Positions 25,980 through 39,378 of a stretch of 64,000 bases of DNA are shown piece after piece. Source of the DNA: Lama glama. Lineage: Eukaryota. A program made the position numbers and the translations under genes. Numbering within the stretch: the stretch's first letter is position 1; the number at the start of each line of letters is the position of its first letter. The notes beneath the pieces were generated by a model. The model was not told the DNA's origin and ran no database searches. It worked only from the letters and a program-made list of their open reading frames with translations. The stretch is from positions 68,140,001 through 68,204,000 of the forward strand of contig CM052816.1 in assembly GCA_028534125.1 (NCBI GenBank). The letters are read 5' to 3'.

Positions 25980-27050
25980 AGACTCACTGGATCATCAGTC
26001 TTGCAACCTCTGGATCTCCTTAAGGCCAGGAACCCGCCAACCTTCAGCCACCCACCCACATGACAATACTCTGGGCTCAGTCATCACCTGGAACTTTGCT
26101 CATGAATCTCTGACACTCCCCACTCATATCCTCATCCTGCCCTACTTGCTCTTTCACCTCAAGGGGACCATAAGTCCCTCATTCTCTTGTCTTTCCCTCC
26201 CCATCAAACTGCTCCGATCTGAACTCTTCTCATCTCTCATAGATGCCTCAGCCCCCTGGGCTATAGTCCCTCCACTGCAGCTGCCCAGCAAAACCCCAGA
26301 GCAGATCAACGACACTGCAGCCTGTCTGGGCTGCTCATTGTATCCTGGCTGCTAAGGCCCCGGCAGCGTCGTGGTCCCCAATGTCACTCTGCCCATCAGT
26401 CCTTTGATTTGTCCGCTGTGAGCTCCCTCACTGACACCAAGCCTGAGGCTCAGCCTTCAGAAGGCTTCCTTCTCCTTCTCTAATATTGCACCTGGCCCCC
26501 TACTCCAGCAGTCAGGAAGGGCCTCCTGCCACTTCTTGCCTCCTTCATCCTAAATAAATTCACATCCACACTCATCCTTCTTTCCTTTTTCTTAGTTTGT
26601 AAGACTGAGATCTCCCTCATCTTGTTCTGAGTCTACCTCTGCCCTGAACCATAATCTGTTCTTTTCACCTCTCTCTGCTACTCCCCCAGCCTCTTTCTCT
26701 CGCTGGGCTACTTCTTTCAGCTTATCATTATGGGAGAGCTTCTCTAGTCCTGGAAGACCCACCTCTCAGCCAGATGCTCCTCTGGCTTCTGGTGAATCTC
26801 TTTTCTCCCCTTTTCACTCAAACTCTTCTGAAAAATGTAGCCTATGTTTATTTTTCCTTCTTCCTCATTTCTAGTTCCTCGGACCACTGCAGTCTGCCTT
26901 CTGTCCTCCTGCCTCACCTGAAACAGGTTTCCCGTGACTTTCCCTTCCTTACTCCACCAACCCCTTGCTTCGGGTACATTGATGATTACTCTCTCTCAAA
27001 AATCCCTTGACCTCTGTGATTCTACACCATCATGATTATCTTTCTGACTT
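25980..27050 (+). mobile_element. long degraded L2 body
   Basis: pyrimidine-rich L2-like text, e.g. 'ccactgcagtctgccttctgtcctc', 'cattgatgattactctctctc'. Confidence 0.5.
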
Positions 27051-27207
27051 TTATTCATTCATTCAAGATTTAGAAAAGGATTTATTTGACTCCTTCTATG
27101 TGCCAGGTTTGCAGGGATCTAGAGATTAAGAAAACAGGCATGAGGCCTGTCCTCATGGAGAGTACTGTCTAGTGGGAATGACAATGTATAATAGGCAAAC
27201 AAATATA

Positions 27208-27392
27208 CAGTCAGTTCTTATGATTATGGTCATTGTGTTCTATAAAGACATTGCAAACACTAAGCTGTCGCTCCTAGGGAAAATTCAGGGTCAGGTTCCT
27301 GCAGGCTTCTGGTGCATTTCATCAGCTGATCAATACATAGTGCTGTTTTATGTGTGTTTCTGTTTAAAATACCTTATTCAATATATATTTCT
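27208..27392 (-). mobile_element. MER82 (Tigger) terminal fragment
   Basis: 'ctcctagggaaaattcagggtcaggttcctgcaggcttctgg...ttttatgtgtgtttctgtttaaa' preceded by TA. Confidence 0.8.
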
Positions 27393-27616
27393 TATAAATA
27401 ATAAATTATATGCAGTATTTCTTTAAAATAAAACACTAGCTGGGAAGAGTTTAAGGTTTACCTGATCCTGGGCAAACTATTTCTCCTAAGTCAGAATCTC
27501 TGTTCATTAAAATCATTTCCTGACCTGCTCTCTCATTGTGCCCTAGCATTCGGGACCAGTGGCCCGACATTGATGCTTTCATTAATTTTCTGGATGTTTT
27601 TTTTCTTTCTCTTTCA

Positions 27617-27619
<3 letters not shown>

Positions 27620-27657
<38 letters not shown>
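27620..27657. repeat. (CA)n microsatellite
   Basis: direct reading. Confidence 0.98.
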
Positions 27658-27869
27658 CATCTTTCAACTCATGTCAAATTATCAGTGCTTGTGTCTCATT
27701 ATCATCATACTAATCATCTTGACACATTTATTTCTGCTTCTCCAACTATAATTTATAGGGTTCTATGATTAAATTTGAACCTGACACATCAGATTTTTCT
27801 GAGTCAAGATGAAATTGCATCAGCTAGAGGTGGAAGTGAAGGTTACTGTGGAGTCAATGAGGGGTTGAG

Positions 27870-28090
27870 GTGTAGAAACGAGAGTGAGTTCCAGACACAG
27901 ACAGACCTGGAGTGAATTATGACTATCATTTGTTAACTGAGACCTCAGCTTAGGTATTCAACTGCCCTGAGCCTCAGTTTGCTCTTCCATAAAATGGGAG
28001 TAAAAGTATCTCAGAAAACTGCTGTGAGGCTTAAGTATAAATTGCATGTAAACTACCTGGCACGTCGTTAGGGCTCATTTGATGCCAGTT
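27870..28090 (+). mobile_element. MIR
   Basis: 'ctgagcctcagtttgctcttccataaaatgggagtaaaagtatctc'. Confidence 0.8.
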
Positions 28091-31004
28091 TTCCCCCCTT
28101 TAAACCTGTTCAGTTTTCAAGACTATCTTGGTGTCCACTCAACCTCAGTAACTTGCTGGGCCCACTGGAGGATGATCTGATATTAAGAGCATCTTACAGC
28201 ACTGCAGAAGAGGGAATCTTCATGGCTTAAATATGGAGTGAAAGATTTGGAAGAGCAGGCAAGGATCTTAGGAAAGGAAGAGAAGTGGAGAGGTATGACA
28301 AGACCATCTTTAGCACCTTAGGAAAGGGAAGAGGTGGTCATGATAAGACACAAGTGATAGAGAAGGGCTGGGAGGAAAAGAAAGGAGCAGGCCTGGTGAA
28401 GCCATCAACCAAAGTGGAGAAAGCAAATGGACTGTCATCTCCTGAGTCACTGTCCCTCTGAGCCAAGTGCCCCATCAGACTAGAACTCACAAGAAGGTTA
28501 ACACTGCAGGGCAGGGCCCAGGTACAGTAATGTGTCCTCAGGCCCCAGGCAGAGAGGAAAGAACTGTTATGAGGCTTGTTTCTACGCCTGGGTTGTTGAA
28601 CTGCAAGTGTGGAGAGAGATGGAGCAAAAGAGGTTATCCAGAGAAACAAGGACTCCAACTATCAGGCCTGGCTGTAATGTGGGTCTAAATTTCAACTGAG
28701 ATGACTACAAGGACCCAGATACAAGTCAGAATGACATGCCTTTTGCACGAGAGCACTTGGGCTACAGCAGATGGCAGACAAATACCGTGCAGTGCAAATG
28801 TAGACTGTGAGGGCCCCTTTGAGTTCTGTCAGGACTCTTCAGGGATCCTAGCCCATGGGTTTGGATCCCCTGGTTCAGTATAAGGCACAGCTCCAAGACA
28901 GAGAAGGAAAACCCCTCACATCCATTACAGGACCCTCTTCTTCTGTTTTACAGAAGGGAGAATTGGGGTTGTCGTGTCAGCTCTTCTAAGGGAAAAGACC
29001 ATCTCCTCCCTCTTCTTCTGCATCCCAGAATGGCAGACTCTGACCCTCATAATCACATTCTTGCCTCCCTTGGTTTCATCTCATTCATTCCCAACCTCCA
29101 TCCCCCTTGTGCCAAATTCCTCTTCCTGATGAGTCAGGGATTAAAAATGTTTGGCATCCTTGCTGAGTAAATAGTATTTGTCCCCAGCAATACTGGTCAG
29201 TGACAAACTGCCTTTTGCTCTGTGATAAAGAAGTGTGAGCACAAAAGTTGACTGTTCAGGACCGATGTGGCCAGGACAAGGAGCAGGACTCTGGTCCTAT
29301 GTGGGCATCAGACTCATGCCCTTGGCCTCAAACACATGCCCTTGGCCTTGCGTATACTCTGCTCCAACTAGCTGGGCTGCTTGCACAAAAGGGAAGGAGG
29401 AAATGAAGGACGGAGGAAAAGAGAGAGGAAGGGAGGTGAAATGAACATGCCGATTCATGAATCTTCTACCATTTGGTCACACCTGTGCTGTTGGATGATT
29501 GTTCTCATTTTACAGATCCAGAGAAATCTAATCACTTGCCAAGTTTGCAAGCGGCAGAAAAGCAAAAATTGAAACTCTCATTTTCTTAGTGGGAGCCTGT
29601 TGTCTTTTCTACCACTTCAGGCCACTGATGGAAGTGAGCAGAAGATGAGCTGAAATTGATTCTGCCTGCCTCAGGGCTTCCAAGAGATCTACCCCAGGTG
29701 TAATGGAGCTGCAACGGGCATTAGACAGCCTTGACCTCTTCCCCCTCAGCTTGCTGTCAGGCTGCCCCAGAGGGGAATCCGTTGCATTTCAGGGGTTTGT
29801 TGAGTTTTAGGCAGCAGTGAAAGAGGCATTTCCCCTGGAGTGTTGGGCACAACAGCCTCCTGCTACCACTGCAGATCCCACTGGGGTCAGGTAAGGGTGC
29901 GAGGGCAGCCAGGGCAGGTGCCTGTGTTACCTCAGGAAGCTGAGTATTCTCTCTGCCTTGTGGGCTTTTGAATTTCTCCTTTTCACAGCTTCAGGTTCTT
30001 TGAAAAAATTTTTTGAGACTCAGGAACTCATGGGTCATTCACTCCCAAAGATTACATTTGTGTTCGAGCCCAATATTTTACATACACGGTGACCAGGGTT
30101 CAGAGAAGTAAAGAGACTTCCTCAAGGTGACACAGACAGTGTGTGACAGAACCAGGGCCAGAACCCAGGTACCTGACTATTATTTAGTCAGTCATTCATT
30201 CAACAGATTTTCTTGAGTGCTGGTTATCCACTAGGTACCACTCTGGAATGGGTGTTCGAAGGATGTTTTATTAGAAACATGCCGTGGTGCTCTCGTTGGC
30301 CCTTTCCTGCTCCCCTCTTCTGGATGTTTTCCATTCCCAGCCCCAGAGTCTAACCCCAAGACTATCAGGGCCACTCACCATGGCATTCCTAAAGACTTAG
30401 ACGTGGTGCCTTTGTGTGATGCCTTTTCCTCCAAGACCCTGGAATGCTTGTTACAGGACTTGCTGATTTATAGCTCATTGCCTTTCAAAGAATTCCCTGG
30501 CCTGCGTTAAGTCAACAGATATGAGAAAAGACTTGTTAAAAGTTCTGTCCTGGGAGCCAGTTGTTCTTGTGTTAGCAGGGTGCTTTCTTTAACCCCAGGT
30601 CCCTAGAGCCTGTAACAGCACACCCTGGCCCTACAATGAACTGCTCAGGATCTGCATATATTTACGTGGAAACTCCCTGCAATATAAATCTATTCAGCGT
30701 CTATCCAGCCTTGCCACTCCTTCCAACAGCCCTGGGCCTCTCTTATCCCATTTGCTACTTTTTCTTTTTTATGATGCTGAACCATCTTAAAAAAGAGTTT
30801 CTGTGATTATACTGGCCTGTTTTCTATTTTTGCTCTCTAGTCATTCTGCTTGCCAAATGAGAACAGCGGCCACATCCTGTCTGTGAACTTTTTGGAAAGG
30901 ACCTTATTCATTCATTCATTCATTCATTCATCCACCTATCTAGTCAATAATTCTGGCCCTGTTCTGGGAGCTGGGGATACAGCAATAGACAAAGATCCTG
31001 CTCT

Positions 31005-31443
31005 ATTGGTAGCTGCCAGGGTGCGCTGCCCAGATCCTCCGTTCAGGACCATGCTGCTCATTCCCCAGCTGCCAGGAATGTTGCAGGAAGATGACCCATG
31101 GCTGAATCTTCCTAGGAGTTGCCCTTGGCCTAAGGGAGCTGTGTCACCCAAGGGAATGCCCCCTGCCTGGTGCAGCCTGCATCCTGTGACTGCTTGCTGT
31201 GTGGGTACAAAGGCCCCTCCCCTTTGTCTCTCTTTGCAATATCCCTGAAGCACTACCCCAGCTTCAGGGCTTCCTGCAGGATTAACTGAGACCTCTGTTG
31301 CAATTGTGACTCCACTCTGCGCAGTGCTGCTTCCTCAATCCATAATAGCTATTGTTTCTTAGAGAAACACCCCCTCCCTCCATAATCCTCCTGAACACAA
31401 ATCTCATCTCAGAGTTTTTTTGAAGGCAACTCATCCTACAGCA
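31005..31443 (+). mobile_element. ERVL solo LTR, LTR16-like, inserted in an L2 3' end (30905-31660)
   Basis: 'gcgctgcccagatcctccgttcaggac...gggtacaaaggcccctccc...cacaaatctcatctcagagt'. Confidence 0.8.
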
Positions 31444-31693
31444 CCTGCCATCTTGAAGTTTATATAATGGAGGAGGGAGATAGAAAATAGACACAATAAA
31501 TAAGAACACATGATATGAAAAATGACATTGCTATGGGAAAAAAAATAGAGTAAGGTCAGGGGACCAGGGACATGGACAGAGAGATAATTTTCATTTTTGA
31601 TCAAAATAGGCCTCTCTGAGAATGTAATGTTTGAGCAAAGACTTAAAATTAGCAAGCTGAGTGATAAAAAGCTTCTGAATCCAAAATTGCCAT

Positions 31694-31846
31694 TGTTACC
31701 AGTCAGGGTTCTCCAGAGAAACAGAACCAATAGAATATGTGTGTGTATATACATATATATGTGCACATGTATATCTACATATATATATATATATATGCAT
31801 GCATACACACACACACTAAGAGATTTGTCTCAAGGACATGGCTCAC
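31694..31846 (-). mobile_element. MLT2 LTR 3' fragment with (TA/CA) repeat
   Basis: 'agtcagggttctccagagaaacagaaccaatagaata...agattt...ggctcac'. Confidence 0.8.
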
Positions 31847-31849
31847 TTT

Positions 31850-32900
31850 GGATTTGTTTGCTACTTCCTCATAATTAGATTCAGGTGTGATTATGCATTT
31901 TTGGCAGGATGATCACAGATGTGATGCTGGATCTTTTCATTGCATCCCATAATATGAGACATGGCCTTGGTTTAGTCTGTCACTAGTGATGTCAACTTTG
32001 ATCTCTTGAGTAGTATGGTATCTACCAGGGTTCTCTATTATAGAGTTACTCTTTTCCTCGGCAATTATTAAATGGTTTAGGGGAAGATATTTTTGAGACT
32101 ATGTAAATATGCCATTCTTCAACTTTCACCCACTAGTTTTAGTACCTATTGATACTTTTTGCCTAAAATTATTTCACTGTTGGTCTTAAATTGTGCTTCT
32201 CTAATTCCATAATTCCTTCAGCATTTTTTTAGCTGGGATTATACTACAGAGAGGAACATTCTGTGTTCATTTTCTTATTTATATCAGGATAAACTAACGG
32301 ATGCCTATTTTAGTCAATGGGATATAATCTGATACTATGATTTCTTTGACACTCAAATCATCCCAGACTGGGACAGTTGGCACCCCTTTTAGCTGTCTTC
32401 TGTGTCCTTTGGACATATCTCCATTACTTTTTGATTACTTGCTTGCTTAGAATAATGAGATGTTCTAAACTTGTCTTACATTTTTCCTACTCCAGACCTG
32501 AAATCAGCCATTTCTCCTAAGAACTCAGTTTCCTTTTATTGGAGAATAGTGTCCAGAAACCAAGATCTTGGCTCTAGGCAGGCTTATCATTACTGGGGAT
32601 TCAGTACTCCCAAGCTCTCTCAGGAACAAAGCTAGGAAATACATATATTTATGTAAGTGTGTCTGCATATGCATACATTTGAAGATATAGGTGTGTTTGC
32701 ATACATACACAGAAATGTACATCACTATTTATTTCTGTATCTAACTCTACATATTGAGATCTCTAAGTTTACACCAAAACTTCTGATTATAATCGTACAC
32801 CACATGGTTCATTGCAGATGTCTCCCTTTCTATATTCAAACTCCCTTCTCTTTGTGAGAAGTCTGGCTCTCATCACCCCCTTATACTGACTTGTTTCCTC
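31850..32900 (-). mobile_element. old L1 (L1MC4-like) 3' region
   Basis: 'attagattcagg...ttatgcatttttggcagga', 'ccagacctgaaatcagccatttctcc...gaaaccaagatct'. Confidence 0.8.
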
Positions 32901-32921
32901 AATCCTCCTTGTCCCCTGCTT

Positions 32922-33453
32922 CTTTTTTATTGAAGTATAGTTGATTTACAATGTTGTATTAGTTTCTAGCAAAGTGATTCAGACATACACACACACACAC
33001 ACGTATATATATGCATTTTCAGATTTTTTTCACTAATCGGTTATTACAAGATGTTGAATTTAGTTCCTTGTACTATACAACAGGACCCTGTTGTTATATA
33101 TAATAGTTTGTATCTGTTAATCCCCAGCTCCTAATTTATCCCTACCTTTCCTTCCCCTTTGGTAACCATAATTTTGTTCTCTATGTCTCTGGGTCTATTT
33201 CTGTTTTGTAAATAAGTTCATTTGTGTCATTTTTTTAGATCTTACATATAAGTGATATCATACATTATTTGTCTTTCTCTGTCTGACTTATTTCACTTAG
33301 TGTGATAATCTCTAGGTCCATCTATGTTGCTGCAAATAGGACTATTTCATTCTTTTTTTACCTTTTTTTTTCAATTTGAAGTACAATCAATTACAATGTG
33401 TCAATTTCTGGTGTACAGCACTATTTCGTTCTTTTTTATGGCTGAGTAATATT

Positions 33454-33503
<50 letters not shown>

Positions 33504-33747
33504 ACATCTCCTTTATCCATTTATCTGTCGATAGACATTTAGGTTGCTTCCACATCTTGGCTACTATAAATAGTGCTGCTATGAACATTGGGTGCATGTA
33601 TCTTTTCAAATTACAGTTTTTTTCCGAATATATGCCCAGGAGTGGGATTGCTGGACCATATGGTAACTCTCTTTTTAGTTTTTAGGGCATCGCCATACTG
33701 TTTTCCATAGAGGCACCGTAGTACATTCCCACCAACAATGTAGGAGT
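32922..33747 (-). mobile_element. 5'-truncated L1 with TSD
   Basis: 'ttttttattgaagtatagttgatttacaat' start; TSD cttgtcccctgctt (32908-32921) and cttgtcccccgttt (33748-33761). Confidence 0.95.
33353..33419 (-). mobile_element. tiny L1 3'-terminal insertion nested in the L1 above
   Basis: poly-T plus 'ttgaagtacaatcaattacaatgtgtcaatttctggtgtacagc'; TSD actatttc(a/g)ttc at 33341-33352 and 33420-33431. Confidence 0.85.
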
Positions 33748-34499
33748 CTTGTCCCCCGTTTTTAATCCATCTCCCAAGCCCAGTGAGCTGCCACCTACAT
33801 TTGGCCATCTTCCTTGAGTTGCCAGAACCCCACCAGATCAATAATCTTATTTAAAACATTTAATTACAGTGATTAAAAATATATTCTGTGAACTAATAGC
33901 CTGAACACATTTTCTTCATAGAAAATGCTACAAACATTATGGTACAGCAGACACTGTGAATATGTCTCCAGCAATTTTGATGGATTGGGTAAGGTGAAAG
34001 TTAGTCTGTGGCTGTGAAGGAGTGTTTTCTCTAAGAAAAGCTAAGTATTTTATGGGTAAATCCATGAGTTGTACAACAAATATTTAACATGAACCATTGT
34101 TCAGTGACTCCTGATATGCCACAAAAGAGAAAGATGGCCACTGTTTACTTCCAGATTTTCACTTTATAGAAGCAATAAAATGGATGTTAACAGATTTCCT
34201 AAGGAGGCTCACATTTTTCTCAAAGACCAAAGTTACAAAGGGAAAAAGGATATTTGGCTTCATGGGCCACTTAGCACTGCAATTCAACAGTTAAAAATTA
34301 TATAAGAAAATGTTACTTAGTTTCTTGCTAGCCCTTGATAAGAAGGACATCTTTATGGAATTGTTGATTGTAGTTTCTAGAATGGTTCATACTGGAAGAT
34401 TCTCTTGGCTAATCAGATATTGTTTGTTTTTCTCTTCACTAGATGCATTCTGGTCTGAGCATGATGGTGCTAAATGATTTATTCTTAAACTTACCTTGG

Positions 34500-34792
34500 A
34501 ATCATTGTTTTGGTTATATGTTTAACAAAGTCAACTTTCTAGAAGAAAGAGCCCTTGTACGCTATTGCTGGGAGTGTAAATTGGTGCAGCCACTATGGAG
34601 GTTCCTTAAAAAACTTAAAATAGAACTCCATATGATCGAGCAATTCCACTCCTGGATATATATCAAGAAAAAATGAAAACTTAAATTCGAAAAGACACAT
34701 GCACCCAATGTTAATAGTAGCACTATTTACAATAGCCAAGAGATGGAAGCAACCTAAATATCCATCAACAGATGATTGGATAAAGAAGTTGG

Positions 34793-34827
<35 letters not shown>

Positions 34828-34901
34828 TGTTTGTGTGTGTGTATATGTGTATGTGTTTGTATGTGTGTTTGTGTATGTATATGTGTGTGTATGTGTGTAT
34901 T

Positions 34902-34933
<32 letters not shown>

Positions 34934-35652
34934 TATATACACACACATATAATATTCCATTATATATATAATGGAATATTACTCAGCCATAAAAAAGAAT
35001 GAAATATTGCCATTTGCAGCAACATAGATGGACCTAGAGAATATTATAGTTAAGGAGGTAAGTCAGACAGAGAAAGACAAATACTATATGACATCTTAAA
35101 ATATGTATGTGGAATCTAAAAAATAACATAAGTGAATGTTTATACAGAGAAAAAACAGACCCATAGACATAGAAAACAAACTTAAGAAAACAAACTTATC
35201 AACGAGGAGAGAGAGGGGCTGAGGGACAAATTAGGAGTATGGGATTAATACATACAAACTACTATATATAAAATAGATGAGCAACAAAGATTCACTGTAT
35301 AGTCTAGGGAATTATAGTCAATATGTTGTAGTAACCTATAATAAAATATAATCAGAAAAAAAACTGAATTACTATGCTGTATCCCTAAACCTAACACAAT
35401 ACAGTAAATAAACTATACTTCAATTAAAAAGTAATAATTGTTAGAAAAGAGTGAACAGAATCACACAAAAGAGAAAAAAAAAAGAGCCCTGGTTTGTGGC
35501 GTTTGCTCATTTCTGTAGTGTAAGTACTCCTACCATGGCCAATCTCAAGCTACCAACATGACATATGACATCATTTAACTCAGTGGTAGGAAGATATGTA
35601 CACTATTGGCTCTCATGAGCTTGTATGAGCTTGCATGCCTGCATACATCCCT
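34500..35652. mobile_element. MER63A-like hAT MITE split by an L1 insertion
   Basis: left part 'atgtttaacaa...aaagagccct', right part 'ggtttgtggcgtttgctcatttctgtagtgtaagtactcctaccatggccaatctcaagctaccaac'; same family as 49401-49595. Confidence 0.75.
34556..35430 (+). mobile_element. 5'-truncated L1 with large compound TG/TA microsatellite
   Basis: ORF2 tail ([11 protein letters not shown]) and 3' UTR ending 'actatacttcaattaaaaa'; TSD aaagagccct at 34546-34555 and 35481-35490. Confidence 0.95.
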
Positions 35653-37964
35653 AAACCAGTCAGATCCACCACCTACTTAAGCATTGTCTTCAAACTTCCA
35701 CTGACTTAAAAAGACATTTCTGTTCTCTGAAGAGATAAGGGTTGGGGAACTAGACTACAGTCCTTGCAGCAGAGTGTTCACAGGCTTGACTCTGAGAGAG
35801 ATGACTACGCATTATCCATGATCAACAGAGGGCTTCATGCTGGGAGCAAGTGGGACAGGAAGAGAACTAGTGCAAGAAACCATAAAACAAATAAATCATT
35901 TTGAAGCCAAAACCATGGTAAAGCATCTGAGATGAGCTGCCTCCTGTTTTCATGATGCTGCTCTTCTTGGAGAGAAGTGCGAACTCCAAGGGAGTTCCAG
36001 CTGGGTTCCTGTTAGCAGGATTTGCAGGTCTCTGGGTTAAAGTTGCCAAACAGTAGGCGCCGCTTGGACTCTATCTAAACAGACATAGAGTACCTCTGAC
36101 CCCCACTGGCTGCTGAGATGTGTTGCATCTCGGGGATGGCTAAGTCTCCTTTAGAGCACTGCCCTTTCCTCCTCAGTGGTTGCTTGACTAATTTTGTTTT
36201 TCCTGTATTGTCAAAATTTCCTACCCAGTGCCATCTATTTCTCATTGATTTCCTTAAAACCCTTCATCTATTTCTCCCCTGGAGTGGTAGATATGTCCAC
36301 TGTCATTACATGGTGTATGGATTGCATTTCATTTGATCAGAAAATGAACCTAGAGAAGGTTTGAGGTTGTGACCTGTCTGGTTGATTTTGATTTCTCTTG
36401 CTCTGATCCTTTGGGTGACAAACACCAGGCTTTGCTTCTTTTCTATTAGAAGCCCTTCGACTACCTGTTCTGGATCAGCACCTGAGTCCACGCTCTCTTG
36501 TGGCCCCCATGGTAGAGCAAAAGCACCAGTCACAGCAACAAAGCAGGCAGAGGCCAGGCCCTAAATCTCTGTAGGAAGCCAGGGCGGTTAACAAAACCCC
36601 AGGCCACTGGGCCACAAAGCCCAGTCTATAATCAGGATGTTCCATTTATTGAGGAGGCTTGAGTGTCTGCTTCCATCCATTCACATTGGTATTTCTATGG
36701 TATCTCTTACCATGGTACCTGGGTGATCTGATGTATGAATTAGACTAGACTGAAGCAAGGTGGGGGAAAGCCAGAGCGTAGATGAGGAACATGCCTTCCA
36801 GTGGGTTTGTGTAAACTCACTGAGCAGTCTCCACTGATTTTCCAATCTTGTGCTGAAAACAAAACTACAGTTGTATATTACAGGTATTCCCCAGGGAGAT
36901 TTTTTTTTCAATACTCTGTATTAAATTAATTTTGATTTTTGGATTGAGATCTAAATCCAGTTGTTAATCCTCTTTGTGGAGGGAAACTTGTGTTGCTGTT
37001 GCTAGCTTGGTCTTCTCTTCCCAAACCCAAGTACGACCGCCCCTACTGAACAGGAATACTCTTGTCCCTCTGTGTATCACCTTCAAAGATGAAATTCAGG
37101 GTTTCTTATTCCAAATCACTGCTTTCTGCTCTTGCTTCTCATGGCCAGCAGAGGGATCCAAGGTAAGGTTCAGACAGAGTGTGAGATTGGGCTACTTTGT
37201 TGTGGTGAAAGATCCCCTAACTCTCTAGAGAAGTGACATTTCACCCTACGGTTTCCCAGCACACGTACAAAAGGCTTGAGAAATAGAGCTAAATCTCCTG
37301 GGACCACAGGTACAATCATCTTTATTTGGAGCTGAGAAGAGCTTTGTAACCATATCCACCTCCGGTAGGGAAAGAGAAAATAGTTTAGTACTTCTTTTGA
37401 GAATCATAAAAACTAGGGGAGAAAAGCAGCAGAATCTTGGACCTGGGCCATTATTCATCACTGACATCACAAAAGCCTGGAGTGGGATGTAGGGAGAGGG
37501 AGATATTCGACTGAAGCTCATTATACCCTCTTAGTTGATAGACTGTACAAATGTCCTATTCTTCATCAATATTATTTTGTCATTTGTCACATTTTTCTCC
37601 TTTCTGTTTCTTTCCTATCCAATAGATAACGCTCAAATTGTGTAGAAAATAATCTCTTTGTTTTAATAAAATATGTATTACAGTCATATAGACAACTGTG
37701 AATTTTGAATGGTCAGTGTCTAATCATCAGAAAACTCTGTAGAGATTCTTGGCTTGTGGCAATAGCATCTTCAACCAGTGAATATGCAGCTTTGCTAAAA
37801 ATTAACTTGAGGATCAATTTTACTGCTTAATACTAGCTAAGACTGATCAAGCAATAAAAGCTATGGTACATCTGTCTTGTTCAAGGAATGCCTAAGGAAG
37901 GCAATGCCAAGACCACAGATCAACATAAACTATGATCCCTGAACACAAGAAGCTGACTGTCTTC

Positions 37965-38175
37965 CCTGTGTATTGAGTGCTTGCTCTGTTCCAGGTACTG
38001 TGCTAAATGCTTTCTATACACTATCTTGTTAAATTCTCAAGACAGCTTTATGAGGTAGGACTATTATTATTACTGTTATTTTAAGGATAAGGAAACTGAG
38101 GCACACAAAGTTTTAAATAACTGGCCAGGATTTGACTCCAGGTTGTTTGACACCCAAAACCATGCCTTTAAATAT
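37965..38175 (-). mobile_element. MIR
   Basis: 'tattgagtgcttgctctgttccaggtactgtgctaaatgcttt...gataaggaaactgaggcac'. Confidence 0.9.
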
Positions 38176-38794
38176 TCAGCGATCTATATTGCTTCCTAAG
38201 AGCAACAGGAGTTCTAAGGAGGGAGATCAGTGTGGGCTGGAGGAGGCCTTGAAAGAGGGATCATGAAGAGTGAGTGTGGTTCAGGGGCTAAAGAGAAGAA
38301 GAGAGGGAATGAGGGCACACATAGGCAGAGAAGTGAAAATGCACAAGGCATGTTGGGGTCCCAAGAGTCAACCTGCTGCTTGCTGCAGAAGCTGTGTGCT
38401 TGGACGTGAGTGAGTGGGAAATGGTAGTCAGAGGGGGAAAGTAGACTGAAGCTAGGTTATGGGAGGACATCTTTCAATAACATCTTTAGCAACTTGGGTT
38501 GAAGAAGGTAGAACTGGAGCCAGGACAGACAATAAGCAGATCGCTTCAGTGATTCTCCATGTTAGGTAATGAAGGTAAGGACTTGAGCTGTGGGCAGGAA
38601 ACACAAGCAGAGGTGAAATGTCTCCAGCGAGGTCTGCCTAAATTCTGGCTGCAAGCACTTATATTCCAATCCCTGTGAGGAAGTATCAACCACGAATGTA
38701 TTTTGCAACTTTGGCCCAGTCATCTAAAAATAATAACTATCTCTAACAGGTACTTTTCTTACACCTTTCATTCTCACAAGTGAGCTTGGGAATT

Positions 38795-38842
38795 ATCATC
38801 ATCATCACCATCATCATCATCATCTTTATCATCATCATCATC
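38795..38842. repeat. imperfect (CAT)n trinucleotide repeat within a MIR
   Basis: direct reading. Confidence 0.9.
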
Positions 38843-39364
38843 GGTGTGTTACCAGCGAGGAAATGGAGGCTCAGAAAGCAAATGACTTACTAACACCCTC
38901 CTAAGTAGGAAATGAACAAGTCAAAACTAAAACCCACATCATCTTTCTCCAAGTAATTCACAAATGTACTCCACAAACACCGAGCACTGTGCCTGGTGTT
39001 GGGTGCCCCCAGATAAGTAATTCATACCCTCCACTTTAGGGAGCTCATGGCGATTCAGTGAGAAACAATACAACTGAGAACTATAGCTGAGTATATCTAT
39101 CCTAAGCACCTCAACATTTGTTAACTGGGACGAGTGTATATGAAACACATGAGGGCACCTTTCAAAAGTAAAAAGTTAATTCACATACAGTTTATTCCCA
39201 CTCTCACGTCATGCATGAGAGTAGCTGAAAAGGGCAGCTGCTCTTCCTACAGAGTCAGACCCAAAAGTGATGAGTCTGACTTCTACAGTTTGCCAAGAAA
39301 ATCATTCTCACTACTTTAGTCACTTCTGTACAAATGAAGACAGCAAACACTGAATGATATCGAC

Positions 39365-39378
39365 CTGCCACCTGCTGG
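39365..39378 (-). promoter_or_regulatory. candidate CTCF binding site
   Basis: minus strand CCAGCAGGTGGCAG fully matches the core CCASYAGRKGGCRS and lies in non-repeat sequence. Confidence 0.5.

Noticed and set aside
28266..28350. Imperfect ~50-bp direct repeat (also a 14-bp repeat at 29315/29335)
   Set aside because: Only two units each; ordinary local slippage duplications, not an array or CRISPR-like structure.
29750..29990. Apparent exon (acceptor ~29749, donor CAG|gtaagg at 29890) and short intron
   Set aside because: All three frames contain stops and nothing else supports transcription.
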